Shown here piece by piece: positions 1 through 9,355 of a DNA stretch of 64,000 nucleotides (positions are counted from its first letter, which is position 1; every line of letters begins with the position of its first letter). The stretch spans positions 1-64,000 of the forward strand of contig JBGAIQ010000003.1 in NCBI GenBank assembly GCA_044225365.1, written 5' to 3'. The stretch comes from Planctomycetota bacterium. Its GTDB lineage: Bacteria; Planctomycetota; B15-G4; JADJEK01. A model generated the notes under the pieces. It was not told the DNA's origin. It saw only the letters and a program-made list of their open reading frames with translations, and ran no database searches. Both the position numbers and the translations under genes were made by a program.

Positions 1-2
1 CC

Positions 3-755
3 GCGCGTGGCGCAGACGGCAAACTCGTGCTCACCGACGACTTCGGCCTCGTGCTCGTGCTGCTGCCCGGCGGGACTTTCAATATGGGCGCGCAGAAGGA
101 CGACCCAAAGGCTCCGAACTACGATCCGCTGTCGCGATACGACGAAGGCCCAGTCCGCGCCGTCAAGCTTGCGCCGTTCTTTCTCTCGAAGTACGAGATG
201 ACGGAGCATCAGTGGATCCTGGGCTCGCGCGATGAGTCCTGGCCTTACGGGAAGAAGAACCGTCGAGATCCGGCGTCGTTCGTCTCGTGGGACGACGCGA
301 GCGCAGTGCTTCCAAAAGTGCATCTCGATCTGCCGACCGAATCGCAGTGGGAGTACGCGTGCCGCGCGGGAACGACGACACCCTGGTCGACTGGTGCCGA
401 CGAGTCTTCGCTCGAAGGATCGGCGAATCTCGAAAAGAAGAGCGAGGACGAGAGCACGATGGCCAGTTCCCTGAAGCCGGTCGGATCGCTGCTGCCGAAT
501 GCGTTCGGTCTCCACGACATGCACGGCAATGTGTTGGAGTGGTGTCGCGACGGGTACGGCGATGGCGACCATGTGAAAGCCTTGGATCCCACGACTGGCG
601 AACACGCTTCAAATCGCCCCCATCTCCGTGTGCATCGCGGCGGCACCTACTTTCGCGACGCCGCTATGGCACGCTCCGCTTACCGCAACGGCGACGATGC
701 CAGCTTGCGGTTCGATGGCTTCGGCGTCCGCCCCGTAAGGACGATTGGCGATTAG
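3..755 (+). CDS. Formylglycine-generating enzyme (FGE/SUMF1) family domain protein, 5'-truncated by window edge
   Basis: Motifs PGGTFNMG, LPTESQWEYACRAGT, PNAFGLHDMHGNVLEWCRD, RGG and GVRP. The frame is open to the window start, so this is probably the C-terminal domain of a larger (e.g. kinase-FGE) protein. Confidence 0.9.
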   Translation, partial: ARGADGKLVLTDDFGLVLVLLPGGTFNMGAQKDDPKAPNYDPLSRYDEGPVRAVKLAPFFLSKYEMTEHQWILGSRDESWPYGKKNRRDPASFVSWDDASAVLPKVHLDLPTESQWEYACRAGTTTPWSTGADESSLEGSANLEKKSEDESTMASSLKPVGSLLPNAFGLHDMHGNVLEWCRDGYGDGDHVKALDPTTGEHASNRPHLRVHRGGTYFRDAAMARSAYRNGDDASLRFDGFGVRPVRTIGD

Positions 756-769
756 CGATCGGCGATTGG
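742..769 (+). repeat. Tandem heptamer array (CGATTGG-type, 4 units)
   Basis: cgattgg cgattag cgatcgg cgattgg, overlapping the stop codon of the FGE gene. Confidence 0.75.
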
Positions 770-947
770 TGCGAACCGACGCGAATTGGCCGAGCGATGA
801 CTCGCGTCGGGGAATGAGGCGAATCATCGGTGAGACATGGGCGCCCACCTCCCCCGCTCGCGGAAACTTCGCCTCCCGAAATCTCGATCCACATCTACGA
901 TCAACGCCTCACGCCCTCGCTCGCGGCAATCGCTCGTAGCTGCTCCA

Positions 948-1943
948 TTGATTGGCGATTGGCGATCGGCGAGCGACGCGACGACCGACCACGACTTCGA
1001 CGGCTTCTGGAAGGAACTCCTCGATGAGTTCCTGCCGGAGTTCCTCGCGTTCTTCGTGCCGGATCTGCTCGAACTCATCGATCTCTCGCGGCCGATCGAG
1101 TCGCTCGACAAAGAGCTTCATGAGCTGTTTCCCGAGGACCGCTCGGGCCGCGGGTTCGTGGACAAGCTCTTCAAGGTTGCACTCCACAAGGGCGGATCCG
1201 CCAGACTGCTCCTGCACATCGATGCGCAAGGCGATCCCGAGGCGAGCTTCCCTGAGCGCATGTTCCGCTATCGCTATCGCCTGATCGACAAGTATCACCT
1301 GCCGATCTACTCCATCGCCGTCCTCGCCGATCGCGATCCGAACTGGCGTCCCGATCGTTTCGAGCTGCGCTTCCACGACGATCTCGTTCTCTTCCGATTT
1401 CGGACGATCAAGCTGCTCGACTTCGCGAATCGCATCGCCGAGCTCGAGCGCAGCGAGAATCCCGTCGCGCTCCTCCTGCTCGCCCACCTGCGAACGCAGG
1501 CGACGCGCCCCGACAAAAGGCGGTTAGAATCGAAAAAGGCACTGCTTCGTCTCGTGGTCGAGCGCGGCTTTCCGCGCCAGCGCATGATCCGGATGCTGCG
1601 GCTCGTGGACTGGCTGATGACCTTGCCGCCCGATCTGAAACTGGAGTTCCGAAACGCCGTGAAAGAGATCGCCGAGGAGAAGACGATGCCGATCCTCATG
1701 GACATCGAGATCGAGGCCATGGCCAAAGGTGAGGCCTTGGGCGAGGCGAAGGGCGCGTTGGCCGCGAAGCGGCACGCCATTCGGCAGGTCCTTCGTGCCC
1801 GGTTCGGCGAGTTGCCGCAGCGGATCGATCTCGCGCTTGAGGCGTGTGTCGAAGTCTCCGTGCTCGATCGCCTCGTCGTCGCCGCGGCCCTCGCCAAGGA
1901 TCTCGCAGATTTCGAGGTTCGCCTCGAGAGCGATGCGACGTAG
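948..1943 (+). CDS. Rpn family recombination-promoting nuclease / PD-(D/E)XK putative transposase-like protein (start uncertain, 837-948)
   Basis: DFDGFWKELLDEFLPEFLAFF, SLDKEL, VDKLFKV, LLHIDAQ, FPERMFRYRYRL, LERSENP, VDWLMTLP and the GEALGEAKG..LRARFG tail typical of the family. Confidence 0.85.
   Translation: MIGDWRSASDATTDHDFDGFWKELLDEFLPEFLAFFVPDLLELIDLSRPIESLDKELHELFPEDRSGRGFVDKLFKVALHKGGSARLLLHIDAQGDPEASFPERMFRYRYRLIDKYHLPIYSIAVLADRDPNWRPDRFELRFHDDLVLFRFRTIKLLDFANRIAELERSENPVALLLLAHLRTQATRPDKRRLESKKALLRLVVERGFPRQRMIRMLRLVDWLMTLPPDLKLEFRNAVKEIAEEKTMPILMDIEIEAMAKGEALGEAKGALAAKRHAIRQVLRARFGELPQRIDLALEACVEVSVLDRLVVAAALAKDLADFEVRLESDAT
949..972 (+). repeat. Tandem heptamer array (CGATTGG-type, about 3 units)
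   Basis: tgattgg cgattgg cgatcgg cga, immediately before the conserved part of the Rpn gene. Confidence 0.7.
1686..1943 (+). CDS. Putative nested small C-terminal protein (RpnS-like, 85 aa)
   Basis: In-frame ATG at 1686 preceded by GAGGAG (1674-1679). This matches the internal-start architecture known for Rpn genes. Confidence 0.55.
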   Translation: MPILMDIEIEAMAKGEALGEAKGALAAKRHAIRQVLRARFGELPQRIDLALEACVEVSVLDRLVVAAALAKDLADFEVRLESDAT

Positions 1944-1956
1944 CCGGGCTCGATCG

Positions 1957-1987
1957 CGATTCCCCGACTCCCGATTCCCTCAATTCC
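1957..1987 (+). repeat. Degenerate heptamer array (CGATTCC-type) downstream of Rpn
   Basis: cgattccc cgactcc cgattcc ctcaattcc. Confidence 0.6.
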
Positions 1988-2133
1988 ATCGAGGCGAAAC
2001 ACGCGGCGGTCGCCCCCCAATTGAGACGGGACACGCGGGGAGACACAGGGAACCGCGGGTTCGCGCGTGGTAGAACCCGGAGATCCCCAAGGCTCTCGAA
2101 CGGACCCGGGCTGCTTCCCGCGCGGAGATCACG

Positions 2134-3744
2134 ATGACCTTCAGTCCGCCCGATCGATTCAACCTCGTCGACTACTTCCTCGAGAACAATCTCGCTTCCG
2201 GCCGCGGCGAGCGCTGCGCGATGGTCGTGAAGGATCGACACGGCGTCGTTTCCGAGTATCGCTACGCGCAGGTGTGCGCGGAGACGAATCGAGTGGGCAA
2301 CGCGCTGCGCGACCTCGGCGTGGAGCCCGAGCATCGCGTGCTGCTCGCGGTTGGCGATGGCCTCGAATTCGCTGCGGCGTGGTACGCGACGGTGAAGATC
2401 GGCGCCGTGATCGCGTGCGTGAATCCGCTGCTCCCGGCGGACGACTACGCCTACTACCTCGAGTACACCCGCGCGCGCGTGGCGTTCTGTGACGAGGACT
2501 CCCTGCCGCAGTTCCTCTCGGTCCTGAAGGATGCGAAGTGGCTGCGCGCGCTCGTCGTCGTGGGGAGCGGGGATGCTCCGGAGGCGAGCGGTCCTTCCAA
2601 GGTCGTGCGCTACTCCGAGATCGTCGCCGCGCAATCTGCGAGCTGTGCCACGGCGCCGACACTGAAGGACGAGATCGCGGTCTGGCTCTTCACCTCGGGA
2701 ACGACCGGCAAGCCGAAGGCGGCGGTCCATTTCCATCAGGACTTCGTCTACAACGCCGAGCGCTACGCGAAGGACGTGATGCAGTTGCGCGAGAGCGATC
2801 GCGTGATGGGCGTGCCGAAGCTCTTCTTTGGCTACGCGACGGGCAGCAATCTCCTGTTCCCCTTCGCCGCCGGCGCGACCGTCGGGCTCTTCCAGGAACG
2901 CTCGAAGCCGGAAGCGATCCTCGAGTTCGCGCGCGCGTTCCACCCGACCGTGATGATCAACGTCCCCACGGCGATCAACGGGATCCTCGCGATCCTCGCG
3001 GACCCGGCGCAGAAGGCGAAGTGCGACCTGTCGTCGCTGCGGTACATCACGTCCGCCGGCGAAGCGCTGCCCGCCGAACTCTACGAACGCTGGGTGAAGG
3101 CGATGGGCTGCGAGATCCTCGACGGCATCGGCAGCGCCGAGATGTTCCACGTCTTCATCAGTCAGCGCCTCGGCGAAGTGAAAGTCGGGTCGCTCGGCAA
3201 GCTGGTCGACGGCTACGAAGCTCGCCTCGTCGGACCGAACGGCAACGATGTCGCCGCGGGCGAGATGGGCACGTTGTGGATCGGCGGCGGGAGCGCCGCC
3301 CTCTGCTACTGGAACGATCGCGCCAAGTCGCGAGCCACGATGCGCGGCGACTTCGTCGTCACCGCCGATCAGTTCCGCCGCGACGCGGACGGGTACTTCT
3401 GGTACTGCGGACGCGCCGACGACATGCTCAAGGTCGGCGGCATCTTCGTCTCGCCGCTCGAGATCGAGGACTGCCTCCTCCAGCATCCCGCGGTCAAGGA
3501 ATGCGCGGTGATCGGCTACGACGAGGACGGCCTCGTGAAGGCGATCGCCGTCGTCGTGCGCAATCCGGGATTCGACGGCGACTCGACGCTCGGTGCGAAA
3601 CTGCAAGAACACGTGAAGAGCAAGCTCGCGGCCTACAAGGCGCCGCGCCGCGTGGCCTTCGTGTCGGAACTGCCACGCAACGATCGCGGCAAGGTGGAGA
3701 AGAAGACATTGCGCGATCGCGTCGCCACCGGAGAGATCCGATGA
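2134..3744 (+). CDS. Benzoate-CoA ligase family AMP-dependent ligase
   Basis: WLFTSGTTGKPK P-loop, PKLFFGYATG, SAGEALP, ILDGIGSAEMFHVFIS, GRADDMLKVGG and PRNDRGK. Confidence 0.9.
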   Translation: MTFSPPDRFNLVDYFLENNLASGRGERCAMVVKDRHGVVSEYRYAQVCAETNRVGNALRDLGVEPEHRVLLAVGDGLEFAAAWYATVKIGAVIACVNPLLPADDYAYYLEYTRARVAFCDEDSLPQFLSVLKDAKWLRALVVVGSGDAPEASGPSKVVRYSEIVAAQSASCATAPTLKDEIAVWLFTSGTTGKPKAAVHFHQDFVYNAERYAKDVMQLRESDRVMGVPKLFFGYATGSNLLFPFAAGATVGLFQERSKPEAILEFARAFHPTVMINVPTAINGILAILADPAQKAKCDLSSLRYITSAGEALPAELYERWVKAMGCEILDGIGSAEMFHVFISQRLGEVKVGSLGKLVDGYEARLVGPNGNDVAAGEMGTLWIGGGSAALCYWNDRAKSRATMRGDFVVTADQFRRDADGYFWYCGRADDMLKVGGIFVSPLEIEDCLLQHPAVKECAVIGYDEDGLVKAIAVVVRNPGFDGDSTLGAKLQEHVKSKLAAYKAPRRVAFVSELPRNDRGKVEKKTLRDRVATGEIR

Positions 3745-4484
3745 CGGACCTCGCGGCGCTGACGACCGACGAAGTGGCGGCGTTGCTGAGCCGGGGCGAC
3801 GGTATCGCGCTGCTTCCGGTCGGCTCCACCGAGGCGCACGGCCCCCATCTTCCGCTCGCCACCGACGTGATGATCGCGCAAGGCGTCGCGACTCGTGCCG
3901 CGCATTCGCTCGGACGATCCGGTCGCGTCGCGCTCGTGCTCCCGCCGATCGCCTACGCCGTGACCGAGTTCGTCGGCGACTTCAGGGGCACGATCTCCGT
4001 GCGCGCCGCCGTCGCGGGCGAACTCGTCGCCGATGTCTGTCGCGGCGCGATTCGCAGCGGCTTCTCGCGCGTCGTGCTCGTGAATGGTCACCTCGAACCC
4101 GAACACGGCAAGATGCTGAAGGATGTCGCCACGCGCCTTCGCGAAACCGAGGCACTGGACGTCCACTTCCCCGATCAACGTCGCCCGCCCACGGTCGCTC
4201 TGCTCGGCACCGAGTTCGGTCAGGGCGGTGGCCACGCCGGCGGCTACGAGACCGCGCTGGTGATGGCGATTCGCCCCGACCTCGTACGCGAAGACGTGCG
4301 ACGCGCGCTCGAGGACAAGCCGATCGATCTCGCGGCACGCCTCAAGGCCGGAGCCCGGACCGCGCGCGAGATCGGCGGCGACCGCGCCTACTTCGGCTTC
4401 CCCGCCAGCGCGTCGCTCGCCGAGGGCGAGCGCCTGCTCGGCGTCCTCGCGGCGATGGTGGCGGAAGCGGCGCTCGCGCCGTGA
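3741..4484 (+). CDS. Creatininase family amidohydrolase
   Basis: LLPVGSTEAHGPHLPLATD, VNGHLE and HAGGYET. ATGA overlap with the ligase stop. Confidence 0.9.
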   Translation: MTDLAALTTDEVAALLSRGDGIALLPVGSTEAHGPHLPLATDVMIAQGVATRAAHSLGRSGRVALVLPPIAYAVTEFVGDFRGTISVRAAVAGELVADVCRGAIRSGFSRVVLVNGHLEPEHGKMLKDVATRLRETEALDVHFPDQRRPPTVALLGTEFGQGGGHAGGYETALVMAIRPDLVREDVRRALEDKPIDLAARLKAGARTAREIGGDRAYFGFPASASLAEGERLLGVLAAMVAEAALAP

Positions 4485-4518
4485 AGTCGAACACGGACCT
4501 GAAGCACGAGGCGCCCAC

Positions 4519-4935
4519 ATGCCCTTCCAAACCACCTTCCCCGTCCGCTTCGGCGATGTCGATCTCGCGCGGATCGTGTACTACCCGCGAATCGTCCACT
4601 ACTGCCACGTCGCGTTCGAGGACCTCTTCGAGAAGGGCGTCGGCATCCCGTATCCGAAGCTCGTCTCGCAACGCCTCCTCGGCTTCCCGACCGTGCGGCT
4701 CGAAACCGATTTCGAGAGTCCGCTGCGTTATGGAATGACGATCCGCGCGAGCGTCTCGATCGAGAAGATCGGAACGAAGTCCGTGACCTTCGTCTTCGAG
4801 TTCCGCGACGACGCGACGGGGAAGCTCCTCGCAAGGTCGCGCAACGTCACCGTCTGCGTGAACATGGACACGCTCCAGTCGCTCGCAGTGCCCGACGATC
4901 TGCGAGCGGCGTTCGCACGTTTCTCCGCGGAGTGA
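4519..4935 (+). CDS. Acyl-CoA thioesterase (4HBT/YbgC hotdog family)
   Basis: VRFGDVDLARIVYYPR, FESPLRYG and IGTKSVTF. Confidence 0.9.
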   Translation: MPFQTTFPVRFGDVDLARIVYYPRIVHYCHVAFEDLFEKGVGIPYPKLVSQRLLGFPTVRLETDFESPLRYGMTIRASVSIEKIGTKSVTFVFEFRDDATGKLLARSRNVTVCVNMDTLQSLAVPDDLRAAFARFSAE

Positions 4936-4945
4936 GATCTCGTCG

Positions 4946-5611
4946 TCAAGAGCTGCGAAGGGATGCAGCCCAGAGCAGGACGCGCTCGCGGCCCACCCAA
5001 TCGCCCGGGCGGGGAATTCGCGGCGGCCTCGGCACGAGGACTTCGATCCTGCGCAGCGCGTCGTAACTCGCGTCGGAGTCCGAGAAGTCGAACGCGAGAC
5101 GATTCAGCTCGCTCGCGGGACTCGCGTCCCTCTCCCAATGCTCCGAGAATCCGCAGAATTCGATCAGCAAGCCATGGAGCGCTCGAGCGGCGGCGTGCTC
5201 TCGTTCGCCCGCGCGCTCGCGCTCGGCGCCGCCTTCGTACGCCGCGACGCAGCGCAAGGCCCGCAGGACGAGTAGCTCTTCGAGTCGATCTCGGAACCGC
5301 TCCCGATCGCTCGCCGCGAATCCGTGCACGAGACGAACGAGGCGATGCACCGCCGAGCGATCGCGGCGCGACTTCGAACCTTGCGATGGCGTACCGCCGA
5401 TCCGAGCGACTTCCCCTCGCGGCAATGCCGCGAACAGCACGTCGCCGAACTGCGTGGCGCAGTAGGAACAACTCGCGACGTGAGCGATCGATTCGACGGA
5501 CAATTCCGAAGGATCGAGATCCTGCGATCGACGAGTCGCTTCGAGTCGATGGAACTCGCTCGCGACCCGTTCGCAGTTCGTGCGATCGACGGATGGAGAT
5601 TCGTACTTCAC
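4946..5611 (-). CDS. Putative zinc-binding anti-sigma factor (HxxxCxxC)
   Basis: HVASCSYC with an upstream Cys (NCERV). GTGA overlap with the upstream ECF sigma stop. Confidence 0.6.
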   Translation of the reverse strand: MKYESPSVDRTNCERVASEFHRLEATRRSQDLDPSELSVESIAHVASCSYCATQFGDVLFAALPRGEVARIGGTPSQGSKSRRDRSAVHRLVRLVHGFAASDRERFRDRLEELLVLRALRCVAAYEGGAERERAGEREHAAARALHGLLIEFCGFSEHWERDASPASELNRLAFDFSDSDASYDALRRIEVLVPRPPRIPRPGDWVGRERVLLWAASLRSS

Positions 5612-6468
5612 GGAGCACCTTGGGCCTTCATGACCCGCGTGGCGGCTGGATGGAGTGGATGGGACGGAGGTTCGTCGCTCGCCCGCAGCGTGCGATGCAT
5701 CGCCTCGAGCAGTCGATTGCGGCCGCGGCGGATCATCATTCCGACGTACGAGCGCGAGACCGAGAGACGGTTGGCGATCTCGTGGTAGCTCAGCCCCTCG
5801 ACGTCGCGGAGAGTCAGCACGACGCGCGAGCGAGGCGCGAGACCTTCGAGGCTCTTCGCCGCGATCGCCACGAGCAGCGCCCAGTCGGCGGCGAGCCGAT
5901 CGTTGCGTTCGCCGACCTCGACGCGCCGCGAGGGATCATCGTGATGCAGGGGCTCGCCGCACGTCGCGGTGGATCGCACGCGCTCGCACTCGCGCCGCCG
6001 CGAACGCAATGCCTGGAGCACGAGATGTTCAGCGACGACGAGCGCCCAACCCGTGAACGTGCTGTCGTGGCGATGTCCGAACCGGTGATGCTTCAGCCAG
6101 ATGTTCAGGAACGTGTCTTCGAGGACGTCCTGCGGGTCGATTCCGTAAGAAAAGCCACGCAGGCGGGCGCGGCAGAAGTTGAGGACGAACGTCGCGTTCA
6201 AGCGGTAGACCAGTTCGAAGCAGGACCGATCCCCGGTCTCCGACAGGGCGCGCATGAGTTGTGTGGAGATTCGATCGCGATCGGACGACTCCCCTCGCGG
6301 TCCTTCGACGCGATGCGCCGAACCCTTCGCGACGAGGAGTGCATTGATCGCGGCGAGGCGTTCCTGGAATGCTGGTAACGCGGCGCTCTCGAGCGACACC
6401 GCGCCGGCTCTCGATCGCCTACCCGGCGATCGAGAGCTGGGATCCATCGACGTCCGATCGAGTTCCAT
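5608..6468 (-). CDS. ECF-type sigma-70 factor with N-terminal extension
   Basis: Region 2 DPQDVLEDTFLNIW..FTGW and region 4 LEGLAPRSRVVLTLRDVEGLSYHEIA. GGAGG lies upstream of the ATG at 6468. Confidence 0.85.
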   Translation of the reverse strand: MELDRTSMDPSSRSPGRRSRAGAVSLESAALPAFQERLAAINALLVAKGSAHRVEGPRGESSDRDRISTQLMRALSETGDRSCFELVYRLNATFVLNFCRARLRGFSYGIDPQDVLEDTFLNIWLKHHRFGHRHDSTFTGWALVVAEHLVLQALRSRRRECERVRSTATCGEPLHHDDPSRRVEVGERNDRLAADWALLVAIAAKSLEGLAPRSRVVLTLRDVEGLSYHEIANRLSVSRSYVGMMIRRGRNRLLEAMHRTLRASDEPPSHPLHPAATRVMKAQGAP

Positions 6469-6668
6469 TCGAACGGTTCCTCCACCCGAGGAATGCCGCC
6501 CGCCGCGGGAGAGATCCTCGATTGCGCGGATTTTCCAAGAAAATCGTCCGCCGCCCCGGGCGCGAAGCATAACCCGACCCGCCTCGGATCCGTAAGGGGC
6601 TTCCCGGAACGCCTCCCGTGACGCCGGGCGAGAACCCGCGAAAGTCGTCGCGACGGCCCGTTGCGGGA

Positions 6669-6674
6669 TACAAT
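6669..6674 (+). promoter_or_regulatory. Sigma-70 -10 box, probable leaderless transcript
   Basis: TACAAT 6 nt before ATG 6681, with no Shine-Dalgarno. Confidence 0.55.
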
Positions 6675-6680
6675 CGGGCG

Positions 6681-8447
6681 ATGATCCCGAAGGCCCTGAT
6701 CCAACAGTGCGTCAACGTCGCGTTCGTCGCATCCCTCGTTTACGTGTACGTGCTCGGCCGCGACGACGCCGGCAAGGACTCCGGGACGACGGAGAAGATC
6801 CCACTGCACTTCACCGAAACGGCGAAGGAAGCGGGCCTCGTCTTCTCGCACGTCCCGCTCGAAGTCGACCCGAAGATCAAGAACATCGAGCCGCACGTCT
6901 CGGGGCTCGGCGCCGCGGTCGCGCTCGTCGACTACGACGGGGACGGCTTCACCGACGTCTTCACCACCTCGAGCCGCACCAACACCGAGAACGCCCTGTT
7001 CAAGAATCGCGGGGACGGCACGTTCGAGAACGTGACGGCCGCCGTCGGTCTCCTCGGGATGAACGCGCCCGGTACCGGCTTCACGATGGGCGGCGTGTTC
7101 GGGGATCTCGATGGCGACGGCGACGTCGATCTCTACGTCTCGAAGTTCGGCATCCAGCAGCTCTACCGCAACGACAACGGCCATTTCGTCGACGTCACGA
7201 AGGAGGCCGGGCTCGATCGCTGGATGAACAGCGCGTCGGCCACGTTCTTCGACTTCGATCGCGACGGCGACCTCGACCTCTACGCCTGCGGCTACTTCCG
7301 CGACGAAGTCCATCTCGACGCGCTCACCGACACCAAGATCATGCAGTCGAGCTTCGAATTCGCGAACAACGGCGGGAAGAACCGCCTGTACCGCAATGAC
7401 GGCGGGATGAAGTTCGCGGACGTCACCGACGAGATGAAGGCGGGCAGCACACGGTGGACGCTCGCGGTGGCTTCGCTCGATTTCAACGGCGACGGCTGGC
7501 CCGATCTCTACCTCGCGAACGACTACGGCCCCGAGGAGCTCTATCTCAATCGCGGGGGCAAGGGCTTCGAACTCGCGAAGGGCGCGGGACTCTCCGACAA
7601 GAGCAAGAGCGGAATGTGCGTCGCCGTCGGCGACATCAAGAACGAGGGCAAGCCCTCCGTCTTCGTCACGAACATCTGTCGCGCCGGGTATCTCTTCCAG
7701 GAGAACAACCTGCGCTGGAACCAGCTCACTCCGACCGGCGGCAAGTTCGAGAACATCACGAACGACCACGCGATCGCGGATTGCGGCTGGGCGTGGGGAG
7801 CGCAGTTCGGCGATCTCGACAACGACGGCTGGCAGGACCTCGTCGTCGTCAACGGCTTCCTCTCGCAGAGTCCGGAGCGCGATTACTGGTTCAACATGAC
7901 GAAGATCGCGAGCGCGCTGAACGACAGCTTCGAGGACGCGCGCAACTGGCCGCCGATCGAGAACCAGAGCCTCTCCGGCTTCGAGAAATCGCGCGTGTTC
8001 CTGAACAACAAGGGCAACGACTTCCGCGACGTCGCAAGGCGCGCCGGCGTGACGGACGATCTCGACGGCCGTGGCATCGCGCTCGGCGATCTCTGGAATC
8101 GCGGGCGACTCGACATGGTGATCGCGAATCGCAACGGACCCGTGCTGCTCTACAAGAACGACGGCGCGCTCACCGGCCACTACATCCAGTTCAAGTTGAA
8201 GGGCCGCGGCTCGAACACCATGGCGATCGGCGCCTGCGTGCGCATCACGCTCACGAGCGAATCGACGTGCCAGTTCGTCAGCTCGGCGAGCGGCTTCGCG
8301 GCCCAGAACGATGCCCGCCTGCACTTCGGCATCGGCAATGCGACGAGCGTGGCGCGCGCTACCATTCGGTGGCCCGATGGCCACGAACAGGTCGTCGACA
8401 GCCCGAAGGTCGATCAGTTGAACCTCATCGAGGAGTCGGCTCCGTGA
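6681..8447 (+). CDS. CRTAC1/ASPIC-UnbV domain protein with FG-GAP/VCBS repeats
   Basis: Repeated DxDGDGxxDLY motifs, C-terminal AIGACV..SGFAAQN..LHFGIG..IRWPDG, and a hydrophobic N-terminus. Confidence 0.9.
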   Translation: MIPKALIQQCVNVAFVASLVYVYVLGRDDAGKDSGTTEKIPLHFTETAKEAGLVFSHVPLEVDPKIKNIEPHVSGLGAAVALVDYDGDGFTDVFTTSSRTNTENALFKNRGDGTFENVTAAVGLLGMNAPGTGFTMGGVFGDLDGDGDVDLYVSKFGIQQLYRNDNGHFVDVTKEAGLDRWMNSASATFFDFDRDGDLDLYACGYFRDEVHLDALTDTKIMQSSFEFANNGGKNRLYRNDGGMKFADVTDEMKAGSTRWTLAVASLDFNGDGWPDLYLANDYGPEELYLNRGGKGFELAKGAGLSDKSKSGMCVAVGDIKNEGKPSVFVTNICRAGYLFQENNLRWNQLTPTGGKFENITNDHAIADCGWAWGAQFGDLDNDGWQDLVVVNGFLSQSPERDYWFNMTKIASALNDSFEDARNWPPIENQSLSGFEKSRVFLNNKGNDFRDVARRAGVTDDLDGRGIALGDLWNRGRLDMVIANRNGPVLLYKNDGALTGHYIQFKLKGRGSNTMAIGACVRITLTSESTCQFVSSASGFAAQNDARLHFGIGNATSVARATIRWPDGHEQVVDSPKVDQLNLIEESAP

Positions 8448-9355
8448 GCACCGAAGCGACGAACGCCGTTCGAACCGCGCAGCCGCCGATCTCGCCCGGC
8501 GCACCCAAGGCGCTGGTCGACGGCAAGCGGCCGAACTTCTGGCAGCGGATCCCCGCGCCCTATTATTCCGCAACGCTGATCACGATCATCCTCGTGCTCG
8601 CCGAGTGGCAGTTCCACATCGTCGGCGGGTATCAGCGCATGGCGCTCTCGCTCGCCGTCGCGGTCGGCACGGAGATCGTGCTCTCGTACCTGCTGCGCGG
8701 GAAGATGCCGAACTTCACGTCGGCATACATCAGCGGCAACAGCGTCACGATCCTCACCAAGCCCCTCGCGATCGCGATGTGGCCCTTCGCGCTTGGCTCG
8801 TTCATCTCGATTGCTTCGAAATACGTCCTCGCCATGCGCGGGCGCCATCTGTGGAACCCGACGAACTTCGGCGTCTCGATGATGCTGCTGCTCGCGCCGC
8901 GCACGGTCTCGGTGCTGAGCCACCAGTGGAGCAATACCTACGCAGCGACCGCGATCATCTACGCCGTCGGGTGCGTCGTCTGCATGCGCGCGAAGGTCTT
9001 GCACATCACGCTCACCTACCTCGTGGCCTTCGTGCTGCTCACGGCGATGCGCTGCGGCTTCCAATCGGATCGCTTCTCTACCGAGGTCGCGCCGCTCGGC
9101 GGCACGATGTACTCGCTGTTCATGTTCTTCATGGTCACCGATCCGCGCACGATCGTGACCGGCCGCATTCCGCAGATCGCGATCTGCGTGCTCGTCGCGG
9201 TCGTCGACAATCTCATCCGCTATCTCGGCGATCAGAACGTATCCTGGATCCAACCGTTCCTGCCGGCGCCGGCGCTGTTCGCGCTGTTCTTCGTCGGCCC
9301 CATCGCCCTCGCGATCAGCATCCTGATGGGACGCGAGGTCCGGAGAACCGCATGA
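8444..9355 (+). CDS. UnbU-like / RnfD-NqrB family integral membrane protein
   Basis: SAYISG, SIASKYVL..GRHLWNPTNFG, FFMVTDPRT and several TM segments. GTGA overlap with the UnbV-like gene. Confidence 0.8.
   Translation: MSTEATNAVRTAQPPISPGAPKALVDGKRPNFWQRIPAPYYSATLITIILVLAEWQFHIVGGYQRMALSLAVAVGTEIVLSYLLRGKMPNFTSAYISGNSVTILTKPLAIAMWPFALGSFISIASKYVLAMRGRHLWNPTNFGVSMMLLLAPRTVSVLSHQWSNTYAATAIIYAVGCVVCMRAKVLHITLTYLVAFVLLTAMRCGFQSDRFSTEVAPLGGTMYSLFMFFMVTDPRTIVTGRIPQIAICVLVAVVDNLIRYLGDQNVSWIQPFLPAPALFALFFVGPIALAISILMGREVRRTA

Noticed and set aside
4481-4738. 85-aa ORF overlapping the creatininase stop
   Set aside because: Ser/Arg-rich alternative frame overlapping the thioesterase gene.
6681-9355. 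Enediyne biosynthetic cluster
   Set aside because: No PKS or unbL-type genes are in the window, and the only thioesterase belongs to the separate CoA-ligase operon.
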